DNA of 64,000 nucleotides, taken from the NCBI GenBank assembly GCA_963695855.1, contig CAVOHZ010000006.1, positions 128,001 to 192,000 on the forward strand. Reading direction: 5' to 3'. Below the pieces are notes generated by a model. The model ran no database searches. It was not told where the DNA came from and was given only the letters and a program-made list of their open reading frames with translations. Of this stretch, positions 44,423 through 54,485 are shown piece by piece. This DNA is from an uncultured Nitrososphaerales archaeon (lineage in GTDB: Archaea; Thermoproteota; Nitrososphaeria; Nitrososphaerales; Nitrososphaeraceae). Each line of letters begins with the position of its first letter. Position 1 is the first letter of the stretch. The position numbers and the translations under genes were made by a program.

Positions 44423-45144
44423 GGCTCTGTTAAGTTAAGCAGTAAATTTATAGCTAGGCACGTTCTGTTTATGATATGAAAATTAGATTTGAGGGAAACA
44501 TAACATCCACTTTTATTGTAATGTATTCTCTTTATCTATACTTTCTTGGTTTAGGTTTACGAAATGCTTCTAAGGCATTAGTGATATTCAGAGAGGAGAA
44601 GAGAAGTTATGTTTCTGTTTGCAATTGGATTCAGAGATTTGTATCCTGTCAGATCTATAAACGTAAAAGAGTATCTGCATTCATAATCGATGAGACAATG
44701 ATTCAGATTGGTAACCAGTACTTCTGGTTATGGTTTTGTATTGAACCAGTCCACAGTTCTGTGCTTGGAATCTATCTCCCAGAAGAGAGAAACATGATAG
44801 TCGCTGAAAAATTTATTCGATCTCTTATCAAAATATGGAAAATATACCGAGTATACAGATAATGGAGGTACATGCTATGATAAAGCATGTAACGTAATTG
44901 GATTAAAACAGTATCTACACTCACCGTTTCAGAAAAATTTTGATGGAAAGAGTCAACCAGCATTTGAAAGACAGAATAAAAAGTTTTATTGACTACTCTC
45001 CTTGTAGGCAAAAAGAGGAATGTAATCTATTTCATTTACATAACTGGATACAATTCTTTGTTTCGATGTATAATGATACTATAGCAAATAATAAGAATTA
45101 TTTTTGGTTAAAGGAGGTGAATATTAACTTGATTTAATACAGCC
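44423..45144 (+). mobile_element. IS6-family element with frameshifted transposase pseudogene
   Basis: Left IR ggctctgttaagttaag and degenerate right IR cttgatttaatacagcc. Motifs IDETMIQIG, YTD.G, MERVNQHLKDR. Confidence 0.85.
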
Positions 45145-45242
45145 TAAAATTATAAAGTTATTTATTCAAATCTTATGCGTTATTCGAGATTAAATCTATA
45201 AGTCATTAACAAAAAAAAGAATATGTAAATGATACAGTTCAT

Positions 45243-45549
45243 ATGAATACCTGTGAATGCAGAGGTGATGTAATGGATATTGATGAAAAAGTTCATGTCT
45301 TTGAAAAATCCAATTTAGATGGATATTGTAATCTATTTCAGTTTATTAATAATAGTAGAAGAAAGACTAGAAAGGACGGATTCATGGAAATTCATTGCTA
45401 TCAGGGCGCGCAACATTCAGAAAATAGAAGAATCAATTTTAACGAATGTACAGAAAAATTTGACTCTTCTTCATACCCTAAATTTGGTAGATAAAAAAAT
45501 TTCTAAAAATATTAATAATTTTAATATGTATTCATATCAGGGGAAATGA
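45243..45549 (+). pseudogene. Frameshifted small hypothetical gene
   Basis: Two overlapping short ORFs in different frames. Confidence 0.3.
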
Positions 45550-45992
45550 ATCATCAATATAATTTAAATATAATTTTATTAGTAATGATTGGGATATGTG
45601 GTATCTTTTTAGCTTTTCCTCTATTCGAAAATATATATACAAAAGATGATTCTGACAAATCTACCAAACAGGAAGATATTGATGAAAATGAATCAGAAAA
45701 CAACAATATAATTCCTAATCAATACATTATATATCTCAACGATAATAAACAAGGTAGCAATTCTATTGACCCACTTGAATTTTTTAATTCTGAATTGAAA
45801 GATACTGGAACAGAACTATTACATGTCTACGATAATGTTGCAAAAGGATTTGCAATAAAGGTTCCCAACGAAAAAGTTCTAGAAAAACTGAAAAATAATC
45901 CATCTGTGAAATATATAGGACAAGATAAAAGAACAACAGCTTTTACAGATTCAGACAGCGACGAACAGAAAATAACAATAAAAGTAAATTAA
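45546..45992 (+). CDS. Stand-alone protease inhibitor I9 (subtilisin propeptide) domain, membrane-anchored
   Basis: IPNQYII...HVYDNVAKGFA...LKNNPSVKYIGQD; no S8 catalytic domain follows. Confidence 0.8.
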   Translation: MNHQYNLNIILLVMIGICGIFLAFPLFENIYTKDDSDKSTKQEDIDENESENNNIIPNQYIIYLNDNKQGSNSIDPLEFFNSELKDTGTELLHVYDNVAKGFAIKVPNEKVLEKLKNNPSVKYIGQDKRTTAFTDSDSDEQKITIKVN

Positions 45993-46289
45993 TAATATTA
46001 TTTTATCATAATAATATGATATTTTGGTTTAACACCCTTGACTATGTTACCTTATCTTCTGGAGTTATCTAATATCTCCACTAGATCTTTATATTTTAAA
46101 ATAGATCCCATCTCTTAAAATAAATTATTTTATGTTTCACCTGATACAAAAAATATGTAGACATAAAATATGTGGCTAAAATAAGAGTTCAAAAACAAAG
46201 GCAAGAACCAAAAGAATAAAAATACTTTATGAATGTATTATTCTATACATTATTTATTTTTATCATGAAATGTGTGAACATGTCAGACT

Positions 46290-46568
46290 TTATCGTACGA
46301 TATCTAGCGAACTAATAAAGATCAACTTAGCATTATGATTAATATGATATTTGCCGCAAAATTTCCCATCGATCTTTGGAATCCAATTTACTTGATCGCT
46401 ATCAATATCAATATCAATATCAATATCATTATCTTTAAAATCTTTTCTAATCTTTTTTAGACATTGCTCAAATATAGAAAATTTTGTCCTCTCTCTAAAA
46501 GATAAAGACCTGATTTTCCAAATGTTCAAATTTATATTGTATTGGCCTTTCAGGCCATTTGCTGGCAA
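46290..46568 (-). CDS. Hypothetical protein, possibly a fragment
   Basis: ORF with a DIDIDID microsatellite (atcaat repeats). Confidence 0.35.
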   Translation of the reverse strand: MPANGLKGQYNINLNIWKIRSLSFRERTKFSIFEQCLKKIRKDFKDNDIDIDIDIDSDQVNWIPKIDGKFCGKYHINHNAKLIFISSLDIVR

Positions 46569-46679
46569 ACAATACTAAAGATATGGTAAACTTTTTAATC
46601 GAAAGCAGTATTAATACTCATTTTTGACCCGTGGTATTTTTATATAAAAGTGTCATTTATTGAGTCTCAATTATACATA

Positions 46680-47446
46680 TATTATTTTTCTTTATTCTTC
46701 TTTCTCTTTGCAAATTTTTTACGATTTTTGTTTCTTTTCTTTGATACATTCGAACTTTCATTTGTTTTATGACAGCAAAGAATAATTAAATTGTAAGCGT
46801 AATGTTAAGAAAAAATTTCTATAAACTTTTTTGTATCGTTCTATGCTGTAACTTTAACAGGACATAGTTAAAATAAATGCCCATAAACGATAAATAAAAG
46901 AAATCTTGTATACTGGATTTGCGTTCAGACAATCCATCTATCCTTTTTTCTTCAATGATGATTTTTAATTTCAAGCCTTTTAAAGTATTCCGTAGGATGT
47001 AATACTTATCTAGATCTTTTGACAGACCATTGAAGTATTCTTTATTATCGCTAGACTTTGTATTCAGATAGTCTGTTTTAAAATAATATCAGGACGGACA
47101 GTAGGTGATCCTCGGTAAATCCATTTTTCAATAAATAGTTCAAAATAGAAAAAAGCTGAGGTTGTGCTTTTATTGTATCACGTTTCGATTGTATGTTTTG
47201 ATCTAACAAAGAATTTTCATTTTGTTTTTCCAATTTCAATTTTTCTAATCGAGATATCTCATGGTATTCAGCTAGTAATCTGAATAATATGGCTTTAACT
47301 TGTTGTTTATCGATTTGATTTTCATCTGCAATTTCTTGAATCACTGAATTCAATTTCTGAAAATCTAACAAACCAAATCCCATATCTGCTAAATCCATCA
47401 GTGCAACATCCATTATATTATGTGGAGATATCTCTTCTTTATACAT
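46680..47446 (-). pseudogene. Frameshifted C-terminal part of a coiled-coil protein, probably related to the HTH protein at 48533
   Basis: DLADMGFGLLDFQKL...IQEIADENQI coiled coil; coding continues in another frame past 47078 (KDLDKY..LRNTLK). Confidence 0.5.
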
Positions 47447-47528
47447 AGGAAGCCTTGTTTCTAAGTTTTTAAGAACGATACCATCTATTGGTTCGACTGA
47501 AGCAGATAAAATACTATTTGTATTATTT

Positions 47529-47667
47529 CAGATCCTTTTCAGATCTCTTTCAAATTCTTTCTTACCACTTCCAAATCTCTAGAAATGTTTCCGATCCCTT
47601 TTAGATCCCTTTCAGATAGTTATTTTTTAGATTTTAAATGTCTTATAAATCCTTTTCAGATCCCTGT
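47529..47667 (+). repeat. Non-coding array of 11-bp direct repeats (consensus CAGATCCCTTT)
   Basis: Units at 47529, 47540, 47551, 47591, 47602, 47613 (partial), 47646 and 47657. Confidence 0.75.
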
Positions 47668-47770
47668 TAAAAGATGATCCGTGTTAAATTTCAAGCCCAA
47701 ATTTCAACCTCAAAGAGATAAATATATTTTCTACTAGATCGAATCTTCATAATTATACTCCTGAAACTTA

Positions 47771-48501
47771 GAGCCTATCCCAAAATTAACCTCCCATAAA
47801 CAATTATGCTATTAGCCAATTGTACAAGACCAAGATCGTTCTCATCATCCTTCTTTTCCTACCTTGTAAATAATTTCCTGAATCGATTATGCCATGAATT
47901 TGTTCTTTCTATGACCCATCTTCTTGCAGGATGTTTCCTAGGAAATATTTCTTCTTCTCGTCTGGGTCGTATATGTGGAATATATCCCCTTTCGAGAATT
48001 TCTTGTTCCACTTCCTTCGAATGATATGCTTTATCAAGGCACAGGTTCTGTTTCTTCTGTTTATAGTTTGGTTTGTATGATGATGATGAGGGTCTTTTGA
48101 TAACCATGCTGTCAAGTGATTGCCAGGTCAATTTGATTCCTATCTTCTGATCGTATGTTTTTAATAGTCTTGTTCATATTCTATCAAATATATCTGATTC
48201 TCTACATTTTTGAAATCTTCTGTGACATGTTGAACCAGAACCATAGTCTTTGGGTAACAATTTCCACTGACATCTAGTTCTCAGGATAAACATGATACCA
48301 TCAAATACTTTTCTATATGAAACAATTGGACGGCCTATGGTGTTATCTGGCTTCTCTCCTGGTAGAATATTTTTGATTTCATTCCAAAGATCATCTGGAG
48401 TGCGATTAATTGGTCTAACATGCTTTCTAGTCTTAACCATCATTATCAGATATGATAAGAAACCAATGAGCTATATTCCTATCTATTTTGGGGATAGGCT
48501 C
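47771..48501 (-). mobile_element. IS5-family (IS1031/IS427-like) element, internally deleted, TTA target duplication
   Basis: IRs gagcctatccc(c)aaaat at both ends, flanked by TTA. Fragments LRTRCQWKLLP..YGSGSTCHRRF and LDKAY...RWVIERTNSW. Confidence 0.88.
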
Positions 48502-48532
48502 TTAATATTTTCTCTTTAACCAACTATACATC

Positions 48533-49309
48533 TTGATTTCTTTATATGCATATAGATCAAATAAGAATTATGATATGAGAAGAATTCCATCTGATATAAA
48601 AATAGAAATTATCAGGAAATATTTAGAGGGACATTCAATACCTGAAATTAGCAATTTATATAACGTCTCTGTTGCAAGCGTATCGGCAATTATAACAGAA
48701 GAAACAAAGAAAGAACTATTTTTTGCTGCTTTTAGAGAAATATCAAAAATAATACGTAAAAAAAATTTAAATATCTATGATTTAATTCCTGCCATTCATT
48801 TAATTTCTAAGATAGAAGAATTAGGCTTAACAAGTGAATTTTTTGATAAATACTTAGATTTAGCAGATTCGAAAAGCTTTAGATTGAATATGAACCTCGA
48901 GGAATTTTTAAATAAAATAATAGATATAATAAACTTTGAAAAATCTAATCAAATACAGATCCACGACATTCCATCATTTAGTCAGAATGAGAAAAATCTA
49001 TTAGATAAAGTACATAGAGAAAAAGAAATGATTGAGAAGGAAGTTAATAATTTATGTGGTAACATTGGCGTCATGAAGTCTCAAATACTAGAATATATTA
49101 AACTAAAACCCCTATTTTTGAGGTTTAAAGAAAATACCGATGCATTTTCTAAATCGGTGGGTTGGTATACTTACCCACCTTTATTTGAAAAAGCAAGTAA
49201 CGAAATTGGAGTAATTATTGATCCCGATATTCTGATTAACAAATTACATTTCATTTATGAAAATCCTCATAAGAATGCAGAACTCATTCGAATTATTTTA
49301 AATTTATAA
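48533..49309 (+). CDS. N-terminal HTH plus coiled-coil protein
   Basis: IIRKYLEGHSIPEISNLYNVSVASVSAII HTH; likely ATG at 48575. Confidence 0.7.
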   Translation: MISLYAYRSNKNYDMRRIPSDIKIEIIRKYLEGHSIPEISNLYNVSVASVSAIITEETKKELFFAAFREISKIIRKKNLNIYDLIPAIHLISKIEELGLTSEFFDKYLDLADSKSFRLNMNLEEFLNKIIDIINFEKSNQIQIHDIPSFSQNEKNLLDKVHREKEMIEKEVNNLCGNIGVMKSQILEYIKLKPLFLRFKENTDAFSKSVGWYTYPPLFEKASNEIGVIIDPDILINKLHFIYENPHKNAELIRIILNL

Positions 49310-49517
49310 TAAATATCATGTGACTAAGATAATGACAAAAAATACAATATTTAAGATGTCTCATATGATAGTTATCTGAAAATTGACGAACTCATGAAAA
49401 AGCCAACATGAGTCATAGGTTAACACTATTATTAAATGCCTCGACTCACAATATCGGGTCAGCTCTCATGTCTAGCAAAGATTGACTTAGCAACTTATGT
49501 AATGGTTGCTCTCGGTA

Positions 49518-49552
49518 GCTGGTGGTTGTGGGTTCAAATCCCACTGGCCCCA
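49518..49552 (+). tRNA. 3' half of a tRNA (pseudo-tRNA or att remnant), isotype unresolved
   Basis: gctgg-tggtt-gtggg-ttcaaat-cccac-tggcccc-a: perfect T-stem and loop, acceptor 3' strand and discriminator. No intact D-arm upstream. Confidence 0.75.
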
Positions 49553-49560
49553 TTACAAAC

Positions 49561-49973
49561 GTAAATGTCTCTACTGGAAGTAAAATTATATCTACTGCAG
49601 GGATGCTCTCATGTATGATATGGCGCGGAACTCCTTAATCAAACGTGCTTTTGGGGACGAATCTGTTACTGATATAACAGATTTGCCCGTCTACAGCATA
49701 GCAAGTCCTAAGACAGATTCTCTCAAAATTTTGAATATATTGCTGAGAAATAATGGCAACATAAAGAAAAAGAAACTGATTGAGAGACTTGAAGGAGAAC
49801 GGCTAATTGATCATAATCTATCCCTAGCTGCCAAACACAGGAGACTAAAGGCGCTTCTAAACCCACTTGTCAGCACAGTGGATACCCCTCTTGTTAAAGT
49901 CGATTATTTAGGTAGATAAAGTAACGTGATCATAACTGACCAGGGAAGAAATACCTTAAGGATTTTTGGCTGA
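49561..49973 (+). pseudogene. 5'-truncated DUF6293/HFX_2341-like (CARF-related plus wHTH) regulator
   Basis: VNVSTGSKIISTAGMLSCMIW..TP motif, a frameshift, then LPVYSI..P...IKKKKLI...ITDQGRNTLRIF. Confidence 0.62.
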
Positions 49974-50002
49974 TTTTTCACTTAATTTTATCATACTTTT
50001 GA

Positions 50003-50534
50003 CTAATCATCTTCGAACAACCATGGTTGGCAAACCTTTGGATATCTGTCGCTATCTTCAGGATCATCATATACAGCGTCTTCATATGCTGTTTTTTCTT
50101 CGTCTTTTATATCACATTTACCTGTATTATCATTCCATACTCCATCTCCATAATGAGAACACTTGTATTTGTCTGGACTATCTTCTTGGTTATAACTAGC
50201 TTCTTCTTCATCGGTGTAATTAGCATATAGACCTTTGTCTTGTAGCTCATGTTCAAAGGCAGATGTCTTCTCCCTATCGTTATCATTTTCAAATTTACAT
50301 TCTCCGCCCGTACTCCATACCATCATGTTCTTTACAAATCTCTTTTCTATCTTCATCATAGTCTATATCTATATAATGAGCATCTTCTCTTTCTTTTACT
50401 TCTTCAGGCGATGTATCCCAGTAAGCATCTAGTTTATTTTCATATCTCTCTTGAGCTTCTTTATCGTCACCAAATTTACATTCATTATGTTTCCATTGTC
50501 CACCATTATAGTCACACAATTCACCACTATGCAA
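50003..50534 (-). pseudogene. Cys/Asp/Glu-rich repeat protein remnant, frameshifted with 5' end lost
   Basis: Repeated C-x3-G-G-x-W...C-K/D units across two frames; no signal peptide remains. Confidence 0.55.
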
Positions 50535-50543
50535 ATGCCTATC

Positions 50544-51596
50544 TTATAAAGCCGGATCTGGTCCAACCTTTACTAGCATTTTACCAAAATTTTCTCCTTT
50601 AAAAAGAGAAATGAAAGCTTTCGGTGCATTCTCTATACCTTCTAACACTGTCTCCTTCCACTTGATTCTTCCTTCGCCAACCCATTCGCTCATAGAGGCA
50701 TAAAACTCGTTTAGCATATCATAATGATCCCCTACAATAAAGCCTTGAAGTTTGAGTCGATTCGTTATGGCCAAGAAGAGATTAGATGGACCAGACATTG
50801 GAGAATTGGCGTTATATTGTGATATCATACCACAAAGTACGATTCTGCCAAATGTTTTCATGTTATCTAGGGCCGCTTCTAAGTGTTTTCCACCCACGTT
50901 ATCAAAGTAGATATCAATTTTATCAGGACAGACCTTTAGGAGTTCAGAAGAGATATCTTCCACCTTTTTGTAATTAAATGCATAATCTATTCCTGCTTGG
51001 TCAACTAGCCACTCTACTTTCTCATCTGATCCAGCGCTTCCTATAACATGACAACCCTTGGTCTTTGCGATTTGACATACAACAGACCCTACTGCTCCTG
51101 ATGCTGCTGAAACAAATACTGTGTCATTATCCTTGAGCTCACCAATCTTTAAAAGCCCGACATAGGCCGTAAGACCTGTCATACCGAATGTTCCAAGAAA
51201 TGCTTGAATTGGAGCTATCTTTTGATCGACCTTAATGACGTCTGAACCATTTGACAACCAATACTCACGCCAACCGAGAAATCCTAGGACATAATCACCT
51301 ACAACAAACTGATTGTTTTTTGATACTATAACCTGACCTATGCATGCTCCTTCCAAAGGCTGACCTAATTCGAAAGCAGGTATAAAGCTATTAGCTCTTC
51401 CAGCTACTTCTTCATTCCTCATGCGGCCCCGCATGTATGGGTCTACGGACATCCAGATGTTTCGTACCAAGAATTCTCCCTCTTTTCTTGGCTCGGGAAT
51501 CTCTACTTGGACAAGTTTGAAATTGTTATCTGTAGGCAAGCCTACTGGATAATCGCTTAGACAAATCTCTCGACTTGTCCTCCTTGTTGCAACCAT
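50544..51596 (-). CDS. NADP-dependent oxidoreductase (MDR, prostaglandin reductase/CurA-like alkenal reductase)
   Basis: SVDPYMRGRM, GMTGLTAY, VSAASGAVGS, YFDNVGG, CGMISQYN, NFGK. Confidence 0.93.
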   Translation of the reverse strand: MVATRRTSREICLSDYPVGLPTDNNFKLVQVEIPEPRKEGEFLVRNIWMSVDPYMRGRMRNEEVAGRANSFIPAFELGQPLEGACIGQVIVSKNNQFVVGDYVLGFLGWREYWLSNGSDVIKVDQKIAPIQAFLGTFGMTGLTAYVGLLKIGELKDNDTVFVSAASGAVGSVVCQIAKTKGCHVIGSAGSDEKVEWLVDQAGIDYAFNYKKVEDISSELLKVCPDKIDIYFDNVGGKHLEAALDNMKTFGRIVLCGMISQYNANSPMSGPSNLFLAITNRLKLQGFIVGDHYDMLNEFYASMSEWVGEGRIKWKETVLEGIENAPKAFISLFKGENFGKMLVKVGPDPAL

Positions 51597-51725
51597 ATAT
51601 AACCTTGTAGAAATGAAGTTAAATGAATTTCTTTATGTCTAGACTTTATGATAAAGATATATGTGGTTGATTGGTTCTATGCTAAACGCTTTACGACATA
51701 ACTGGACTAAAAGAATATCCAAATT

Positions 51726-52982
51726 TTATCCTTTACTTTTACATTGGAAACGTAAAGGCAGATGTGATAATCCAAGTAAAAAAGAACTTTTCAGTGGAAT
51801 AACTATTGTATGTAGATCTTGTCTATCGCTATAATCAAATTTAAATTGAAAATTCTCAAATCTTTCAAGCATTACTTTTAGTGCTATTTGTGTTTCAAGT
51901 CTAGCTAAAGGAGCTCCCAAACAAAAATGAATTCCATTTCCAAAACCCAAATGACGTAAGTTTTTACGAGTAATATCAAATCGTGCAGGATCCGTAAATA
52001 CCGTCTCATCGTGATTGGCAGATCCCAGAAATAATGCAATCTTTTGACCTTTCTTTATCTCTTGTGTATGTTGTCTTTCTCCATCTCCTCCTTCAGATAA
52101 AGTTACGTCAGTATTTGCTACACGAGTTACGAATTGTGCCGGCGACCTATAGCGTAGAGACTCCTCTATGGCGGATTTAATTAAGGAATTTTGGTTTTCT
52201 TGTAATCGTTTAAACTCTTCAGGATTTTCAAGTAATGAGAATACCAAGTTTCCTATCAGATTAACTGTAGTAATATGTCCTGCATTCAAAAGAAGACTAC
52301 AAAAGCTAAGTATTTCTGTTTCAGATAAAGATTGCTCGTCCACTTTATCTCTGATGATATGACTAATAAGATCATTGGTTGGTATTTTCTTTTTTTTCTC
52401 TATTAATTTACTAAAATAAGTGTCCATATCAGCTACTGTTTCGTCTGCCTTTCTAATGGAATCAATACCACTATTACCAGTAGTAACCTCAAGGCTCGCT
52501 ATATTATCTGCCCATTGACGAAAAGTATCCTGGTCTTCAGACGGTACCCCCAATAGTTCTGCAATTACCGTTGCAGGTAATGGGTAGGCAAAATCTGTTA
52601 TTAAATCCATTGTAGTATTACCTTTTTCAACAATGTTTTCGACCAACCCATTTGCAATATCTTCAATACGTGGCCCTAACTTGGATATTTCTATGGGAAC
52701 AAATAATATATCAACAATACTACGAAGTTTCCTATGATATGGAAGATCGGAATTTAAAAGGCTCGGCCGATTAAGATTTTTTTGAAATTCCTGAGGTACT
52801 AGAAATGGCCCAAATTTAGACGAAAATTTTAGGGGATCTCTTAATATTTTTTCAATATCACTATAACGATATAATCCCCATTGTTCATTTCTGTCGTCAT
52901 ATACAACAGGGTTATTTTTTCTCATCGATGAATAGAATTTAAAAGGTGAAAATCTTTGATCTATCGGAGGATATATATCCAT
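51726..52982 (-). CDS. Cytochrome P450
   Basis: Heme motif FGNGIHFCLG, EESLR (ExxR), ANHDETVF.DP..FD; I-helix AGHITT. Confidence 0.95.
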   Translation of the reverse strand: MDIYPPIDQRFSPFKFYSSMRKNNPVVYDDRNEQWGLYRYSDIEKILRDPLKFSSKFGPFLVPQEFQKNLNRPSLLNSDLPYHRKLRSIVDILFVPIEISKLGPRIEDIANGLVENIVEKGNTTMDLITDFAYPLPATVIAELLGVPSEDQDTFRQWADNIASLEVTTGNSGIDSIRKADETVADMDTYFSKLIEKKKKIPTNDLISHIIRDKVDEQSLSETEILSFCSLLLNAGHITTVNLIGNLVFSLLENPEEFKRLQENQNSLIKSAIEESLRYRSPAQFVTRVANTDVTLSEGGDGERQHTQEIKKGQKIALFLGSANHDETVFTDPARFDITRKNLRHLGFGNGIHFCLGAPLARLETQIALKVMLERFENFQFKFDYSDRQDLHTIVIPLKSSFLLGLSHLPLRFQCKSKG

Positions 52983-53462
52983 ATTTTATAGGTGCAAACA
53001 AGAAATTTAAGCGTACAGTTGCTAATCCAGAACATATTTGTTAATTGCCGGGATAGAGTAAGCGATGCCAGAATGATTTGCTAACAGTTTTTTTGTTAAA
53101 TTGTTCTTTTTTAATTTTTTCGCAATACTGTTTATTTATTTATAATATTCTTACGTCCTTCATTCTTTCCACTACTAATATTACCTATAATGCATGTTGT
53201 AAACATGTACATTTATGAAAGCATTAGTTTATCATAGTGCAAAAAATATAAGAATACATGATAAACCCAACCAAAAATAAAAGATAAAGAAGATATTACT
53301 TTGCGTGTTAGATCCACTGCTCTTTGTGGGTCCGACTTGTACCTTTATCTTGGAACGGTACGAGGTATGGAACCAGGACAAACATGAGGACATGATTTAC
53401 TAATAAATTATTCTAGAAAAGGAACTTATTATTCTAACATTGTCTCATGGATTCCACAAAAA

Positions 53463-54485
53463 TTAGGTTTTAACCGCCTGTACTTCAAAGGTCGCAGAGG
53501 AATCTTTGCCATTTTTTATAATCTGATTAGTAAGTTCTTTTAGTTTAAAATTTGGAATCACTATGTGTACAATTCTATCATTTTGATCTGAAAAATCATC
53601 AATTAAAATAAAATTATTTGGAATTTCGATACCATTTACCTTACCGGTAAATGATGTAACTGTAGATAATGGTGTGTGAGATTTTGGTAAAATAAGTTCT
53701 TCATGTAAATTAACAACCTGACTTACATAATCTAAATTCCATCTAAATGGCATTTCAAATGAAATCGTTGATGTCTCTTTATCGTAGGTGAAATTTGTAA
53801 TTTCGTCATAAAAAGTTTTAACTTTCAATGTCAAACTACCAAGACTAGTGCCATTATTAGTATCGTTACTAGCTTTTTCTTGTGTTATTAAATAGGTAAA
53901 GGTTTTCCCAATACTAATAAACAGATTTACTTTTTTATCTGAATCTAATTTCAAACCTTTGCTTGATTTTTCTAGAACAACAGATATATCATACAATCCA
54001 CCATCTGCAAGTAATCTACTTTTTATAACAACAGGATTCCTTAAACTCACTTCTACTAGATCATCCTTTGATAAATTTTGTTGTACTTTATCTTTAGTCA
54101 CTATTTGGTATGTATTGGAATCCTTCGAAGGAATAAGATCTGATGAAATGACTCCATCAATGGAATGAAATCGTTGATCAATTATTGTTTCATTCTTAAA
54201 TTTAGCTATTATTCTATAGTTAATATCACCTATAGTTTCATTAGTTTTTTCGTCAAAAGCTCTAATCATTAGAGTAGGCGTTTGAGTGCTTTCGTTTAAA
54301 AATGGAGGTTCAAGTTTTCCTTCAACCGCGATTTGTCTTCCGGAAATATCCAAAGGAAGAGATTTATCGCTGCTAATGCCATGCCCATATACTTTGTCGA
54401 GTGAATCAAACCAATTAGAACCAAATAGTATTGAAAGAACAGATCCAAGTAACAATGTAAAAAATATACTGTGATTAATAATCAT
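53463..54485 (-). CDS. Secreted thaumarchaeal protein (PEFG-CTERM-associated-like, no sorting tail)
   Basis: Signal peptide ending VYG|HG; GGLY, FEMPF.W, VHEE-like and IDDFS....RIVH motifs. Confidence 0.6.
   Translation of the reverse strand: MIINHSIFFTLLLGSVLSILFGSNWFDSLDKVYGHGISSDKSLPLDISGRQIAVEGKLEPPFLNESTQTPTLMIRAFDEKTNETIGDINYRIIAKFKNETIIDQRFHSIDGVISSDLIPSKDSNTYQIVTKDKVQQNLSKDDLVEVSLRNPVVIKSRLLADGGLYDISVVLEKSSKGLKLDSDKKVNLFISIGKTFTYLITQEKASNDTNNGTSLGSLTLKVKTFYDEITNFTYDKETSTISFEMPFRWNLDYVSQVVNLHEELILPKSHTPLSTVTSFTGKVNGIEIPNNFILIDDFSDQNDRIVHIVIPNFKLKELTNQIIKNGKDSSATFEVQAVKT

Noticed and set aside
49511-49517. Reading ctcggta as a Pro(CGG) anticodon loop
   Set aside because: Position 37 would be T and the 5' anticodon stem does not pair, so the isotype is left unassigned.
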